Part shown: positions 24,282 to 38,245 of the stretch, one piece after another
How positions within the stretch are numbered: position 1 is the first letter of the stretch
How the letters are laid out: the number at the start of each line of letters is the position of its first letter
NCBI GenBank assembly: GCA_020536535.1
Contig: JAHLWZ010000840.1
Location: 1-64,000, forward strand
DNA length: 64,000 nt
From: Pelomyxa schiedti
Lineage: Eukaryota; Protista; Evosea
Direction: 5' to 3'
The notes under the pieces: generated by a model
What the model saw: only the letters and a program-made list of their open reading frames with translations
The model's database searches: none
What the model was told of the DNA's origin: nothing
Translations under genes and position numbers: made by a program

Positions 24282-27200
24282 ATGGGGCAAGGACTGACTA
24301 CTCTAGCAACACTTACGTGCGGGATCGTCGGCGCGGCGTACGCCCTGCGAATGGTGTTTCCGTGCCGCCAATCGTGGCTGAGCGTACCAATCGGCGGGAG
24401 AAGCGCGGCCGCGGCGAGAATCGGCACTCACACTTCTAGGCAGTGCCGTGTGTGGGACAGGTACTCTACAAAAGACCTCTGCTCGCTCGATATGCCTGCT
24501 GGGAGGTCCATGTATCACGCTGTCAGGGAGACGGCTGTTAAGCGGGCCAAAGACCCGGCGTATGGCGTGCGTCCTGTTATTGATACCAAATTTGTTCTTG
24601 ACAAAGCTGCTGTAAAGCCTGTATGTGTTACACCCATTTCCGAGCAAGTGGCTTTTTATATTCATTTACTTACACACAAAAATCCTACTTATTATTACCT
24701 ATTCTCGTCATTGAGTATGAGAACAGACGCAAGGGCATGACTCTACTGCTAGTGAGGAAATTCCCAAGGAGAAACAGTTTGTACACTACCACCTGGGACC
24801 ATTTGTTTGGACAACCTATGAACAAATGCTCCTCCACATCGACAATTTGGCCGCTGGTCTGGCGTTTATGGGATTGCACAGGGGTGACTATTTGGGTTTC
24901 TTCTGTGATACCTGCTCTGAGTGGATGTTGCTCTTGAATGCGTATGTTTAATTGTGTTGCACTTTGTTTTCATCTCATTCTTTTTTCTTGTACTGCAGTT
25001 GTTTTGCGCATTCTATCGTTGGTGTTACTGTATATGCCAATATTGGTACGAGCCAAACAAAGGCTTTCAATTTAATGCTTCACAGGACTTGAGGGAATTT
25101 CCTTTGCTTTCCAGCAAACTCGGCTTAAATACATCTTCACGAGTGCTGATCTTTTAACTACAGTAAGTAATTTCTCGAACAATTTTTTGTTGCTTACTTT
25201 ATTGAGGTTTTGGATCTTCATAAACGTTCCCCTCTCGAGACTGTTATCTATAGGGGTACTCCCCTACCAGGTGTTGAAGATATGTATCGAGCAGAAGGTC
25301 TCAAACTTTATTCCACTGACGAAGTTGAAAAAATGGTTTTCTCCCACCCACGCCGTTTTTTTTTTTTTTTTTTTGCTGTTTTTACCTAAGGAAAAACCAG
25401 GGTGCTTCACATCCGACACCACAGGACATTGCTGTAAGAGACGACATTGCTTTAATAATGTATCCCTTTATTCGGAAAGTTTCTGTAGCTCATCTTCAAA
25501 TAGGTTTACAAGTGGAACAACTGGTGTGACAAACCTTCTTCCTATTTTTGTCTTACCAAAAAAAAAAATAAATAACGTCAAATTCATAGGGAGACCGAAA
25601 GGTGTCATGATGACACATGGAAACATACTCTCGGCAGTTGAAGCTGCAACACATAATTATAATCTCGTCCCGAATGACCGTTTCTTGGCATATCTTCCAC
25701 TTGCTCATATTATTGAAATTGTATCAGAGTTTGTCTGTCTCACTGCCGGCAGTCTTATTGGTTACTCAGTTTGTTTCCTGATCGTCATGCGAATATTTTA
25801 CTTCCCAATAGACCCCCCGCACTCTGACGGATGGTTTTGTCTACAATTGTGTTGGTGATATCAACGAATTTCATCCTACAATACTTACTGCTGTTCCTGC
25901 GGTTTTGGAACGGATTAGGAAGGGTGTCGTTGCCAAGATTCATCTCAAGAGTATGTTCACTAGAATACTCTTCACAGTTGCACTTTCTATTAAAACCCGA
26001 CTACTTGGTATTTATGGAACATCTTATCAATTCACTAAGCATGCGTAGGACGAAGGAGGAGGACAATGGCCGCCTTACTTGTGATTAAACTGTTGAATAA
26101 GTTTTATTCCTCCTCCAGCTGCCTCTTTCCAACAATTCACAGAATTTTGTTCCACAAATTTGGAGAGATCATTGGCGGAAATGTAAAGAGAATCATGTGT
26201 GGAGGTGCTCCTCTTAGTGCCATGAGCCACAAATTTTTTGAGTGTTGCTTCTGCTGCCCTGTACAAATTGGATACGGTAACTTAAGACTACTTTGTTACC
26301 GACTAAGTGATTCAATGTAGGCCTCACGGAGACATGTGGAGTGGTAACACTGAAGCCTCTCCAAGATGATTCATTTTCACGTGCTGGTCCCCCTGCCTGC
26401 ATTTCCAGTATTCTTTTTTTTTCCTCTCTGTGGTGTTTCACTCACAGCTTTAGTTGTTAAGCTAGAGGATGTACCGGAGATGGGCTACACATCTGCCTCA
26501 AAGCCTCTCCCCTGTGGTGAAATTTGCGTCAAGGTTTCTTCGTCTTTCTTTTGTCATTAAATTTGCTAAATTGGAACTCACAGGGACCACAAGTTTCTCT
26601 TGGTTATTATGATCTACCTGAAGTCACGTAATTTCCTGTTGGTTAGCCCTTTCAAACACTAACTTTGGTAGTAAGGAGGCTTATACCAGTGATGGCTTCT
26701 TCCACACAGGAGATATTGGACGGGTAACGATTTCCCTCTTTTTGGTTAACTAATCCTTCGACAGTGGCATGAAGATGGTACCCTCGAAATTATTGACCGC
26801 AAGAAAAACTTGGTGAAGTTAGCAATGGGAGAATACATAGCGTAGGGTTCAGTTATAGTCGCAACCTAAGCTAAACCATTGTAGCCTCGAAAAACTAGAG
26901 GCAACCTATGGGCGAAGCAGTTTTGTTGATATGATCTGCATTTATGCGGACAGTACAAAGGACCAACCAGTTGGGCTCATTGTCCCCTCCAAAACTCGAC
27001 TTTGTGAATTCCTTAAGATTCCACTTGAGGTTTGTCACCCAAACCCAACAAACGAATTGGTTACCGTTCCCAGAAACTGACGGACACAATGTTTGCCGAG
27101 GTGTGCGAATCACCTACGGTGGTAAAAGCAGTTTTACATTCATTACATAAAGTTGCTATTGATGGGAGGGTATGCCCCAAGCATGTCCCTCAGTCTCCAT

Positions 27201-27460
27201 TAATTCCACCTAGTTAACGCGCATTGAGAAAATCAATCACATCCGCCTTGTCACCGACGAGTGGAGCCCAGAGACAGGGTTCCTAACCTCTGCCATGAAG
27301 TTGAAGAGGCAAACAATTTGCACCCACTACCAAAAGCTGATCGACGTGTGTATCTTTTCTATTTTGCACCCTCACTCAAAACACACTCCACATAATCTCA
27401 AATATACCCAATCACACTCACCACACACTGCAGGACATGTACCGTTCCACAGGCAACTAA
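24282..27460 (+). CDS. Long-chain fatty acyl-CoA synthetase
   Basis: IMFTSGTTGRPKGVMMTHGN, YLPLAHIIE, IGYGLTETCG, GEICVKGP, FFHTGDIG, IIDRKKNLVKLAMGEYIA, LTSAMKLKR. Confidence 0.95.
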
Positions 27461-27676
27461 TGCCAAAAAGCACAACACAAAGGCATTGACAACACCACCT
27501 TTCCCTTCTTTTTTTTCGCCGTTTCGCGCATTAGCGTATTACCGGCGTTGTTGTCATACAAAGCCATCCAATAACCTAGAAGAAACCTAGCCTATTTTTT
27601 TCTTTCAAAAACCGAAAAAAGAACAAAGAACGAACGAACAAAACAAAAAAAAAATAAAAGCAAACAAGCTAAAGGG

Positions 27677-30023
27677 ATGCGGCAAGGCACAGATCCATCT
27701 ACACCAACACAGCAGAGATCTACGCAAGCGTCGTCTCTATCGGGTACCTCTCAACCCCAGGCGCAGGCGCAGGCCCAAGCATCACCTCCATCGGGGGCAA
27801 ATGTCGCCGTATCGCAGGCTCTCCCACCTGTCAGCAGCACTCCGCCGTTCACTGTGTCCGAAATAACCATCCCACAATCTCTCTCCTCGTCCTCATCTTT
27901 TAAGGCGTACACCCCGCCCCCAAACCCGCAATCTGCTCTCCCTCCTGTTGCTCCCACTGCCGTTCACGCCAATGTGACAAGAGCTACTAATTGCCCAGGG
28001 AGTTCTCCTTCGTCTCCTTTGGTGTCACCAGTTGTTCCTATTCATATTGTTAGAACGCCTTCCCCACTGGGCTACATCGATGCCCAGCCGAATGCCTTGC
28101 CAAACAACACAGTTTTTACCCATGGAACTGGTTCTCTGGAAGCTACCACGCAAAGAAATGGTCATCAGGATCAAGTGGAGTCTGGGACAAGTTCAATAAA
28201 ACCCCACGACCCGCTTCACAACGCCATAGGAGAAGGGACAAGAGTTCCTACACCGATTCCACGTCTGCTTCTAATACCTTTTTTTTTAAAACCATTTCTT
28301 ATTGCAATTATAGTTCCCTTCCCCATTCCTTTGCTGGAATCGGAACTCTGCTCTACATTCGATGAAATTACTTCAGCACAACCCAAGCCTAACATACTTG
28401 TCATTGGAAGGAAAGGTTACTTTATCTACAATCTTTCCTTTCCTAAGAAATTTCAAGGTGTTGGGAAAACCAGTGTAATGAACATGGCTTTTGGGTTGCC
28501 TTGTGCAGGACCTGCACAGTCTGCCTCACCTTCATTAAGCAAGACTCTTTTGTTCTCTGGCACAGATACACCTGTACTTGTCTACGACTCCAGGGTCTGT
28601 CTTTTAATTAGAATTAGTCATTATTTGAGTCTTTTCTTCTCAAGTGACTCCTTAATATAGGGAATGGAGCTGGACACTCCAGAGGGTTTCATGCGCACTA
28701 CTCAACATTTTGTGCAAAACAACGGCCACACTGGGTCAAATGGCACATCAGAAAGTGTGGCTGGCTTTACCAACACCATACATGTTGTTTGGTATGTTAT
28801 TGATTGCTCTGTCTGCCGTATCTTGCCTTTTGAAGCAAAGTGTGTACAGCAAAATATAACTAGAATAACCTTACTTCAGATTGTGCCAAGAGACACTCCG
28901 AGATACACCAATGGCATTTCTTCTTAACAAAGCAGACCTATGTACAACCAGTGAACTTGAGTTAATGAAACAAGTTTTGAAAAATCTTAACTTACCTCAT
29001 TGTATTGGTACACAACAACTCAATGACCTGCGCTAATTTCTAAAAGGAATTTTTATGACTGTTGTATCACCTGCTTGCCTGGAGGATGTAGAAATTTGTC
29101 CAAAATGTGGTAGGAATCTCTCTCACTGTTGGTCTTCCCTCACTTTTTTAAGGCAGTGATGACATATCCTTATGGAGGAAGAAAAAGAAGTGGCAGTGTG
29201 AGTCATGTGGTTTCTTTGGTACCCTCCATAGACTGAACAGTGGCTTGAAAGTACGTATGGGCCTCTCCCTTTATATATTTACTATCGCACAGGAATTGAT
29301 TGAGGCCACAAGAACAGCGCTGCCAGGTATAACCTCCTAAGAAAAAATAACACTCTACCTACCTTTTCTAGAACACGTTCGTGAGCCATTCATAGGTGCA
29401 CAACAAGTTTCTTTGAATTTGAAATCTCTTAGATCAAAGCGCATCATTGAGGGTATCTCCCCAAGTAATCTAATAGCACTTACATGCACAAGAGTACTAC
29501 TCTGGAAGGAATCGGGAACAAATTGAAGTTCTTAAAGCATCCCTTCAAATGCTTAGTAGGCTTTTCAAAATATGGTAAGACCATCACCGGCAATTTTCAT
29601 CTCAATTCGTTAGGGATTTGAGCCTGGTGAATAAGTCAGCAACAGAAATGCTTTTAGAAGGTGCCGAGCTCCCTCAGCTACAACACAAAACGTTCATCGA
29701 CAAACTGGCACGCACACTACGGCTGGTAGGTGGTTCTGAGCAGCTCAAACAGACCGCTTTTGGAATATCATGGGCCCTAGCATTGCAGCGTCTCCACATG
29801 GTATCATTTCAGTTTCCTTCATTCTCACTGATCGTTTTTCCAGCTTATCCTGCAAAGAATCTCTGCAGAGCCCTGTCGTATGGCAAGTGAGATTCTCGCT
29901 GAGTGTGTGGATTTGGTGCTGGCCGATATTGACGAAAATATGCTTGCCGCTAACCTGAAGCTACTCAAAGAAAGTCCACTGCAGACCGTGCTGGATTCTG
30001 CTCTTTCCTTGTCAGAACCCTGA
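27677..30023 (+). CDS. P-loop GTPase (Era/YcjF-like) with inserted zinc ribbon and Pro/Ser-rich N-terminus
   Basis: G1 GRKGVGKTS, G3 YDSRGME, IHVVWYVID, G4 LNKADL, CPKCG...WQCESCG. Confidence 0.75.
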
Positions 30024-30156
30024 GTGCTAGAACCCCTCAGTGTTGCTATTGTGAATAACACGTTATCGACTGTAAATGAGGCCAAAATATGTAAAAAGCA
30101 AAGTGGATATCACCAAAGAAAATATTGTGAAAAAAAGCTTTTTCTTTTTCTTTCTT

Positions 30157-33119
30157 CTACCACGGTCCCAGACAAGAATACTCAAATATGAAATTTTGTC
30201 TTATTTGTGACTTCCAGCTTTTGTTATGGTTAGAGGTTAGAGGAAAAAAAAAGGTGGGTGCTTACTTTTCAAGGTCAAAGCAAGAAAATTCACCTTGTGT
30301 GCTGTCAATTGCCGATTGAGCGGAATCAGAAGGTTGGAACCACAGTTGGTGTTTGATGTGGTACCACCAGTGTCTCCTTTGCAATTCTTTACCGGCAAGA
30401 AACCTTGTGGAGGGAGGATGAGGAAGTTTAGTAGGTCATACTTGGGAACTGTTGAAAATGAGTGATGACAAAGGGGCAAAAGAAAACGGGTGAGGAAAGG
30501 GATATAATGCCACTAACTTCAAATGTGACAAACTGCGCATATAGAATACAAAGAAGAGTGTGTCGGTGGGTACTTTCGGGAGCACATCTTTCATTGATAT
30601 ACAAACCTCAGACGGCATCCAACTAGGAAAGCTGGGTGTATTTGAGGTTGTAGGTACAGAGATACTGCCGGATGTGGAGAGTGTGGAGCCTGTAATATTT
30701 GCTGGAGATGGCTCTCTGAGTATAATTGGTGAGTGCAAGTACAAAGCACAAAGTCATACTGGGCTTTATCTGGCTGTGTCAAGTTGTAAAAACTCGAATT
30801 CAACAAAATCGATTGCTCGTTATCAATGCGTGGTATAGGAGGCTCACTATAATCTTCACCAACACCATATCTACTAGGGTCATCTGGGTTATTTGTAGTA
30901 CCACCCCATTGTGATGGGCTTCCTGATTGGTTATACTGGCAAGGTTAATACTTGAGATACTAAACTAAATACCAACCCAAGAAGGATGAGCCGCTGATAA
31001 ATCATTACAACTTGGTTGAGCTGGTGAGGTGGTGTTTTGTATGCTTGAAGCGAGGCTATCCTACGAAAGGTTAGTGCATTGCCAGCTCTGATGCCAGTAC
31101 CATCGAAGGTAGCCCAGTATTTAGCTGATCATTGGTATCCTTGAATGTTGAGGAAAAAAGTGACTGTTGCAGAGTTTGGTTGCTTTGGCCGGGTGGGTAT
31201 TGTGGTGAAGGTGAATTAGGCAGAGTTTGTTGTGGTTGTGATTGTGGTTGTGGTTGCATTTGCAGTTGTGTCTGTGTGTTCAGTTGGGTATGGGGTTGTT
31301 GTGGTTGTGGTGATTGTGGAAGGTGAATGGGAGGTGTATATGATTGATATGGTTGTGGTGGTGTGTATGCTTGGTAGGATTGTTGTGTTGGGGTTCTCTG
31401 AGTATTTTGAGAGTTTTGGGTTATTTGGTGTAAAGATAGCGTGGTGGGTTTGTTCGCTAACGATGTTGTGGGTTGCGACTTGACAGATCCCTGTCTGCTG
31501 TTAGGATGCCAACTTTCAGTTAATCAAATAATTAAACCCTTTATAAAATAAATAAGGACCTGACGGCTGGGAATTTAGAGGGCACCTTTTGTTTTTGGGT
31601 CACTGATGACTGGCTTGACACGGAAGAGAATAGAATGGACTCTTGCGGCTTTGTGGGTTGGGGTTGGGGCTGCTTAATAGTTACCATCACTTGCTGCAAA
31701 AGAAGAAAATACCGTGTGGGACGACTTCTGAGTGGGAGGGATAGGAACAGATGACTGTTTCAGTGAGAAGGGGGGTGGAAGGGGAGGTTGTGGAGGGCTA
31801 GCCTGGCGTGAAGGTGTAGGCAGTGTTGATATAGGTTGTTGTGCATTGATTGGAGGGGATGACAGGCTAGGAACCAATTGAGTGCTGGTTTGTGTAGGAG
31901 AATCCAGGCTATCTGTGTCACTGAGAAAATACGCACTTAGTGTGGCATGAGATGGCACATATAAGTTACCTGTCGCTACTTTCTTCGTCAGAACTTGTGG
32001 TATCAAGTTCTGAAAATGTTCAGGGGAAAAAAAAAACAAACTCAATCCTTCTCTCCTTCTCTCCAATTCAAGAAGAATGAGACAGACCTTCCAGATGAAG
32101 ATCATCATACAATTGGTCATCAATCAAATCCGGATTAGGTGTTGTTAAAGTAGGATCAGCAAAAACCGGATCTATGGCATCTTGGACAAATTGTACCTGG
32201 AAGAGATTATTATTGATCGGAGTTGGCAATTACCTGTGAAGCTGCTAGTTTGTTTTTTGTGAGCATTTTGAGTAACAGCTGCAACTTGTCAAGATGAAAG
32301 GCATAGCTTTCGATTTCATATTTGTCCTAAAGCGAAAAAGGGAAAAAAAAATGTCCCAACAATGGATAATTTAAGTGGTGTATTTGTAATCCCTCCTTTC
32401 CCATCAAAATATCTGGTGAGGATCCAAACCTGTGAAGCTTCTTTCGCTTTCTCAAATTTCGTTATTGCTGTTACTGCAATTTGGTGAGCATAAAAGGTGA
32501 TGGTATCATGTTGTTTTCAAGCTGTTTGCGTGGGATTATTCATTTACTTGTTTCGAATGAGAGGAAAATGGCCTCACCAATCCAAGCCCGCATTTTTGCT
32601 TTATCACTGATGGCTTGTTCGTTTTCTCTCAATTCCTTCTCCAACGCCTCTCTGCTATATGGTTTCACTTTGGAACAGTGCTCATATACTCTCCAATGCT
32701 CCATTTTCTTTTAAAAGAGTGTTAAATACAGCTAAAAACAACTTAGCAGGTAACCGATTCTATCTGCTTCCTTGCTGCTGTTAGAATGGGAACCTTTGTT
32801 TTGAAGACGTTTGATACGCTCCATTCTTTTATCTGATCCCTGTGATAATAAAGGGGTTCAGTGGTTTCCACAAATCCATACAGAGAAAGTACAAATTGAA
32901 GGGGGAAACTCTTTTAAAAGGAAATAACCTGTGCCGTTGCATTTTTTTGACAAGACGTTTCAATTCTATCTCGCGTTTCTCTCGTCTTTGGTGCCTCGCC
33001 GCCGGACTCCCAGGTGGGTCACGATCCAAATCAGCCTCCGTCATGGCAGCATCAAACGCAGCCGCCCACGTACCCACTTTCCGCAGCACCCTGTCGATCT
33101 CCGCCTCTTGCTTTTTCAT
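30157..33119 (-). CDS. CNOT3: CCR4-NOT subunit NOT3/NOT5-like
   Basis: EAEIDRVLRKV...REKREIELKRLVKKMQRHRDQIKEW...ARKQIE...KVKPYSREAL; NOT box TDTLFFVFY...FLAGKELQRRHWWYHIKHQLWF...FDLE..W...FIFEY. Confidence 0.9.
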
Positions 33120-33658
33120 ACTGCACGTACGTCCCTCACTCAACGCAACCAGACAAATAAAAAACAGATCTCCTCTTTGTGTAGCACTGTGGTTTACTTG
33201 GCGTCCGCACACCAGTTCGCGGGTCTGATGACTTCCTGATTTCCTCAATTTAAATGTTTGCTACACACAGAGCCATTAATTTCTCTTTGGCATCTGACAC
33301 AGAGAATAACAATTAATGAGACAAAGGAGCCGGGGGATGACTAATAAATCCAACCGCTTTGTTCTTGCCGCCATTTCATTTAATACAACAAAAACCAAAG
33401 GAACAGCAGCAAGCAAGACAAGGACAAAAGCAGTACAACAACAGGTGTCGTGGGATCTCGTTACGTACATGCTCAATGCGATGTTTAATCTCGTTGTCGT
33501 CATGCAATACTTTTTTTTTGTTGTTGTTGTTTAGTTTTGGTGTTAACAATACAAACTAGTTCGCTCTTTCGCTCTACCGTCAAGCCGAGTTTTTCGAAAA
33601 CACAACCAAAACAAGGAAACTTCTAACAAGAGAAGAGGCACAAGAGGAAGCACTCTAG

Positions 33659-35598
33659 GAGTTGAACCCACGGTTCTATCGTGAGGTTCTCCCCTCCACC
33701 TCCCCACAAGTTCAAGAGACCACCATTTTTGCCAGTGCTGACCTTGAGAAGTCCAACTGTTTGCAATATACAAGTCACTACATGCTTCAGCCAATTCTGG
33801 AGGACACACCATTACTTGCAGACTTCGAGACAAAAAACTGTGGTGGAGGTGGCGGGGGAGGAGATGGTACAGCCTGTGCCCAGAGTGTTTGCCTTGGTGT
33901 CAATTTTGGAAGTGACGGTAGTTTGAAATGTGCCAAGAACGACTGCACCTCTGTTCCAGCAGTGTTACCACAAGCACAAAGTAACTCTCCCGGGAATTCT
34001 GCTGTGAGGACAGTGCCCTTTGTCTGTCTAGCTGGAATAGTCTACTTCAGTGTAGGGGGAGGACCCTTTGGATTCGAAGAAAGTATTTCCGCGTCATCGA
34101 TTGCTTTGTGTTTTTGGACTTTGATAGCAGCTGCTTTGTTGTGGGCTTTACCTCAAGCACTATGCATTGCAGAGTTATCTACTCTCTTTAGGTATGCACA
34201 CGTAGGGCAGGCTGAGAAAAGCCACTTATTAACGTAGTATAGGTTTGGATATAATGAGTGGTGTACTGAGACACTTGGCTCTTTCTGTGGCTTTTCGCAC
34301 TCCATTGTACGGGTAGTATTTTCCGCTTTGACAAATGCGATTTACGCGGACTTGTTTGCCACTTACGCTCTGGGGATAATATCGCTGCACACCACGCAAC
34401 ACGAGTTCTTGATCCGCTGTGCTCTTATTGCGGGGTTTGAGCTCTGTGTCGCATCAGTCAACTGTGCTGGAGGAGTGCGGACTGTTGGCATTGCTATGAT
34501 AGCATTAACAGTGCTGGTGTTATCACCATTTGCGGTGATGTTGGTTCTTGCAATACCAACACTCACATTAAAACCCCTTGTGGACATAAAGATCTCTGAT
34601 CTGAACAACGCAGATGTACCACTCCTCATCTGCTCAATAATGTACCTCCTATCCGCTTTGCTGTATCCTAACCTCAACACAGGTTCAACCTAGCAGGTTG
34701 GGATTTTGTTGGTAACGTTAGCAGCCTCGCTAGAAAGCCCTCGCGTGATGTACCTGCTGCTATTGTCTCCGCCCTCGTCCTTGTTTGTGTGACTTATATC
34801 GTTCCTCTGATTGTGACAGCCAGTGTCTTAGTTATGTATTCAAGCGATAGTGGTGGATCTAGTGCATTTGTTGAAGCAGCAAAGATATTGTGGTCCCCAT
34901 TGGCGTACTGCGTAACTGGTGCTGCCTTCATTGGGACATTTGGCTTGGCAACGTCTTTCATGGCCACAAGCTCAGAAGCTTTGGCTCATTCTTCACAGTG
35001 GGGTTATTTGCCTGATGTATGCTTCTCTGCCATTTCTTGTGAAACTAATCATACTTGTATGTAGTTCATAACCCACCGGTTCTTTTCACATCAGACACCA
35101 ATTTTCATTGTTCTGTTGCTGTGCCTCACATCAACTGCCATATGCATACCTTGGGAATACGCGCAGGTTGTGCAGCTGCAGATGTGGCTATTTGCTGTAT
35201 CGACTCTCGTCATCCTTCTTGGGTTCCTTACCATACACTGGGCTAAGGCACCAAAACGGTCACCATTACTCACCTCAGGTCCAAGTGATCAAACAAACCC
35301 TTCAGCCACACCAACACCCCCAGGATCGCCCAAACTTGGCTCTACAACCATCACAGTAACCATTGAGCAGGGATTCAAGCTACGCGTGGGCCGACTTGGC
35401 TCAGTGCTTCTCTGCATTCCACCCATGTGTCTATGCCTATTCGCGATCGTGTGGACCTCGTGGAGAGTTGCCGTCATTGGGTGTGTGATTATCATCTTTG
35501 CTGTCGGCGTTGCCCTTGTTTGTGCCGTGGTGCACAAGTGGAAAGTCAGGCACCCAGCCTATGTGCCAGTGCTCCTTACAATAGAAATTCACGACTAA
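33659..35598 (+). CDS. APC-family amino acid/polyamine permease (first exon not resolved)
   Basis: IVYFSVGGGPFGFEE, LWALPQALCIAELS, NLAGWDFVGN, multiple TM helices. Confidence 0.85.
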
Positions 35599-35779
35599 AC
35601 CATGGAACCATTCATTTTCATCCCATCAAAAGGGTTTTACTTAAAACCAAAAAAAAAAGGAACTGTTAGCTACTATTTTTCTATTTATTTATGCCTGAGG
35701 AAAAGAAAAGCAGTAGGCATTCAACTGCATTTGTCTTCTCTTGTCTCCCAGGCATACACATAAGTTCGCCAGTTGCTAA

Positions 35780-36456
35780 TTACAACTGGCCAAAAAATAG
35801 CATCTTGTAAATAACGGTAAACCCCACGGCTGTAGCAATAAAACCAACACCACCAGGTATTAGTAATGTAATGCCCCAGCTCAAGTCACTGGATTCCAGA
35901 TCATCGGGATCATAGTTGAAGAATGCGTACTCCTGTGTGTCGCAATCACTGCAGGGGTAGCCTCTGATGTAATCTGGAGCGAACCAACATGCATAAATCC
36001 CCTCACCAGGGTAAGCATCCATTGCCCAAGTTATGTAATCCTCGACGTCGTCTGGAAAAAGTATGTTCTCAAATGAAGAATTTGCTTGTCCAACCTTATT
36101 GTAATACCTGAAGCACTGTAAATGCAACAAGGTTCCCAAAAGCACACACAAGCAAGTAAGCAAACAAACAAACAAGTCGGGCATTCGACTAACCAGTCGC
36201 CGTCCCAGGTCATTATCGTAACATTCCACTCAGGGACAAAGTTGGTGGCATCTTCAGTACTAAAGTCAAACACTTCACTCCCGTAAGAGTAGCACACGGC
36301 GTTGACAAACTCAATGTCCCGCAGAATGAGGTACAGCCCACCACCAATCAATGCAAAAGAGGCACCCAACGCCAGAGCACAAAATGTTGTCACTGTTGCA
36401 AAGCACTGGCAAAAGTCGGATTTCTTCCACGCCGGCGTCTTCTTGTTGTTTGGCAT
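35780..36456 (-). CDS. Hypothetical two-TM membrane protein with Cys-containing acidic loop
   Basis: MPNNKKTP..., TM1 FCALALGASFALIGGGLYLIL, one intron, TM2 WGITLLIPGGVGFIATAVGFTVIY. Confidence 0.65.
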
Positions 36457-36596
36457 TGGTTCCTTTTTTTTTGATGAGAAGAAAACGGAAAGTATCGTAA
36501 ACCAACGAACCGACGACACCCGTGGATTTCGGGAAATTGATTAGAATAACGAATGATGCAAGGAAGTACCAATAGCCAAAAAAGTGTTTATGGACA

Positions 36597-38085
36597 TTAT
36601 ACACGGGACTGCTCCAATGCTGATGCCATCCACTCGAAGCACGTTGTCAAAGGACTGCCGGATAGCATTGAGCAACCTTGTATCATCCACGTCGAGTGAC
36701 CCAGAAGTGGAAGGCACCTCATTCCAAGCTTAGCATATATTTCTGACACAGTCATGCAGGATGGCAAATCTTGTTTGTTTGCTTTGAAAGTGTTAACGGT
36801 ATCAGGAGTCATTAATTTGTTACCCAGTACAAGAACTGGAACACCCGTAAGATATTTGATGGAGACAAACTATTTAATGACTCTGAGACAAGAGAAACAT
36901 TATTGAATGACAAGTTACCTTCATGAATTCATCATATGCCTCAGAAATCCTGTCGTAGTCCCCAGAATCCACAACAAATATGATACCCGAACAAGGTTCC
37001 AACCCTTTTTTTGCATAAGTGACAATACCTTGTAAAGAAACAAGAAATCACAATGGTCCCAGATTCTCCGAATCTTGTCACCTGCGCAAAGTCAGTGATT
37101 GAAACCCAGTGAGAGGGGAGGCACTTCCTCCGACATCCTTTTGTGAAGGTTAAAAACAGAAGTATAATGGTGCAAGAAATAAATTTGGCCTACCCAGCAA
37201 ACAACTTTAAAGTAATCCAACTGTGCCTTTTCTAAATCTTGTATGTGCATCAGCAAATATCAAGGTAGAAGTAGCTAGGGTCATACTGAAACCAATCATT
37301 GGAATCTCAGTGACAATGTCCCCTTTGTGACGAATTTTGTACAATAGTGTTGTCTTTCCTGACGAGGAATTTAATTGGCATTGGGGTTTGATCTAAAAAA
37401 AACCAGCACAATCAAGTCCAGACAATAAAACTGTAGCAGAACTTGAATGCGATGAAAACCAGGATAAGGCCTTGGTAAAAAAGGATCCCTCTTCTCTTGG
37501 CTTGAATGAAACCCTTGTTCGGCCATATGTAAGAGAACAACGACGGGTGTTTCCTTACTCTGAGGAAAAGGAATTCAAGTGCAGCTTCAAGTCCTTTTTG
37601 CTTGCTTGACCATACAATACTTTCCATTTGCCTGTGAACCTAATTTCAAACCAAAAAAAAAAAAAAAAGACAATGAATCAGTTACACCTTACCTCAAACT
37701 ATTTACCCTTTTGCCACATCGTCAAAAAGTGAATCAGGCACAGGTGCCACATCAGGGTGAAAATGCGATGAGGCACCGTTGTATCGCGGACGGGGCGTGT
37801 ACATCAGTTCCAAGGCGCGCAGCACAATCGGGTCCCACTGCGTTTCCAGGAAAAGCCGCTTCCACAGTGAGTCGGTGCTGCACAGTGAATGGAACTTCCT
37901 GCACGTCTGGGACATACGGCATAGTGATGTCGCCTCCAGCCGTGAAACTACCGCACTGCGATGAATGGGTGTGAGAACGGACCACAATTGTCAATAACAA
38001 ACAACGTGATCATATCAGCAGAAAACAGTCCAAAATCTCCCACGTTCTCCTGGTCTCCAGCCTCCAACGGGCCACTATTCGACAT
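36597..38085 (-). CDS. F-box-Arf GTPase fusion protein
   Basis: F-box FGLFSADMITAVVSRLEATSLCRMSQTCRKFHSLCSTDSLW; Arf GLDCAGKTT, EIPMIGFNLE, WDVGGSDKIRRIW, GIIFVVDSGD, LANKQDL, WMIQGCSMLSG. Confidence 0.88.
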
Positions 38086-38146
38086 CGTTTTTTTTTTCCC
38101 TGGGAAATAACGGGGAATATCAAAATCAACAACTTATCACACGATG

Positions 38147-38245
38147 ATGGCTGATGATGGCACAGCACAGTTGGGCCCCACTCGCCCGCCCAAGGCTCCA
38201 AGATTTCCCAGATTTCTCGAGGAACCCCGCAGAGTGCCCATGCCA
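38147..38245 (+). repeat. Diverged partial duplicate of the 5' end of the downstream gene
   Basis: ggccccactcgcccgcccaaggctcc vs ggccccactcgcccggccaaggctcc; peptides LGPTRPPKAPR...PRRVPMP vs LGPTRPAKAPR...PRRVPMP. Confidence 0.75.

Noticed and set aside
25460-25503. U12-type intron (gtatccctt donor)
   Set aside because: Imperfect match to GTATCCTT and no recognisable U12 branch site.
37083-37130. Apparent non-canonical GA-AG intron in the Arf gene
   Set aside because: A GT donor three bases further on gives in-frame DVGGSDKIR, so the intron is canonical.
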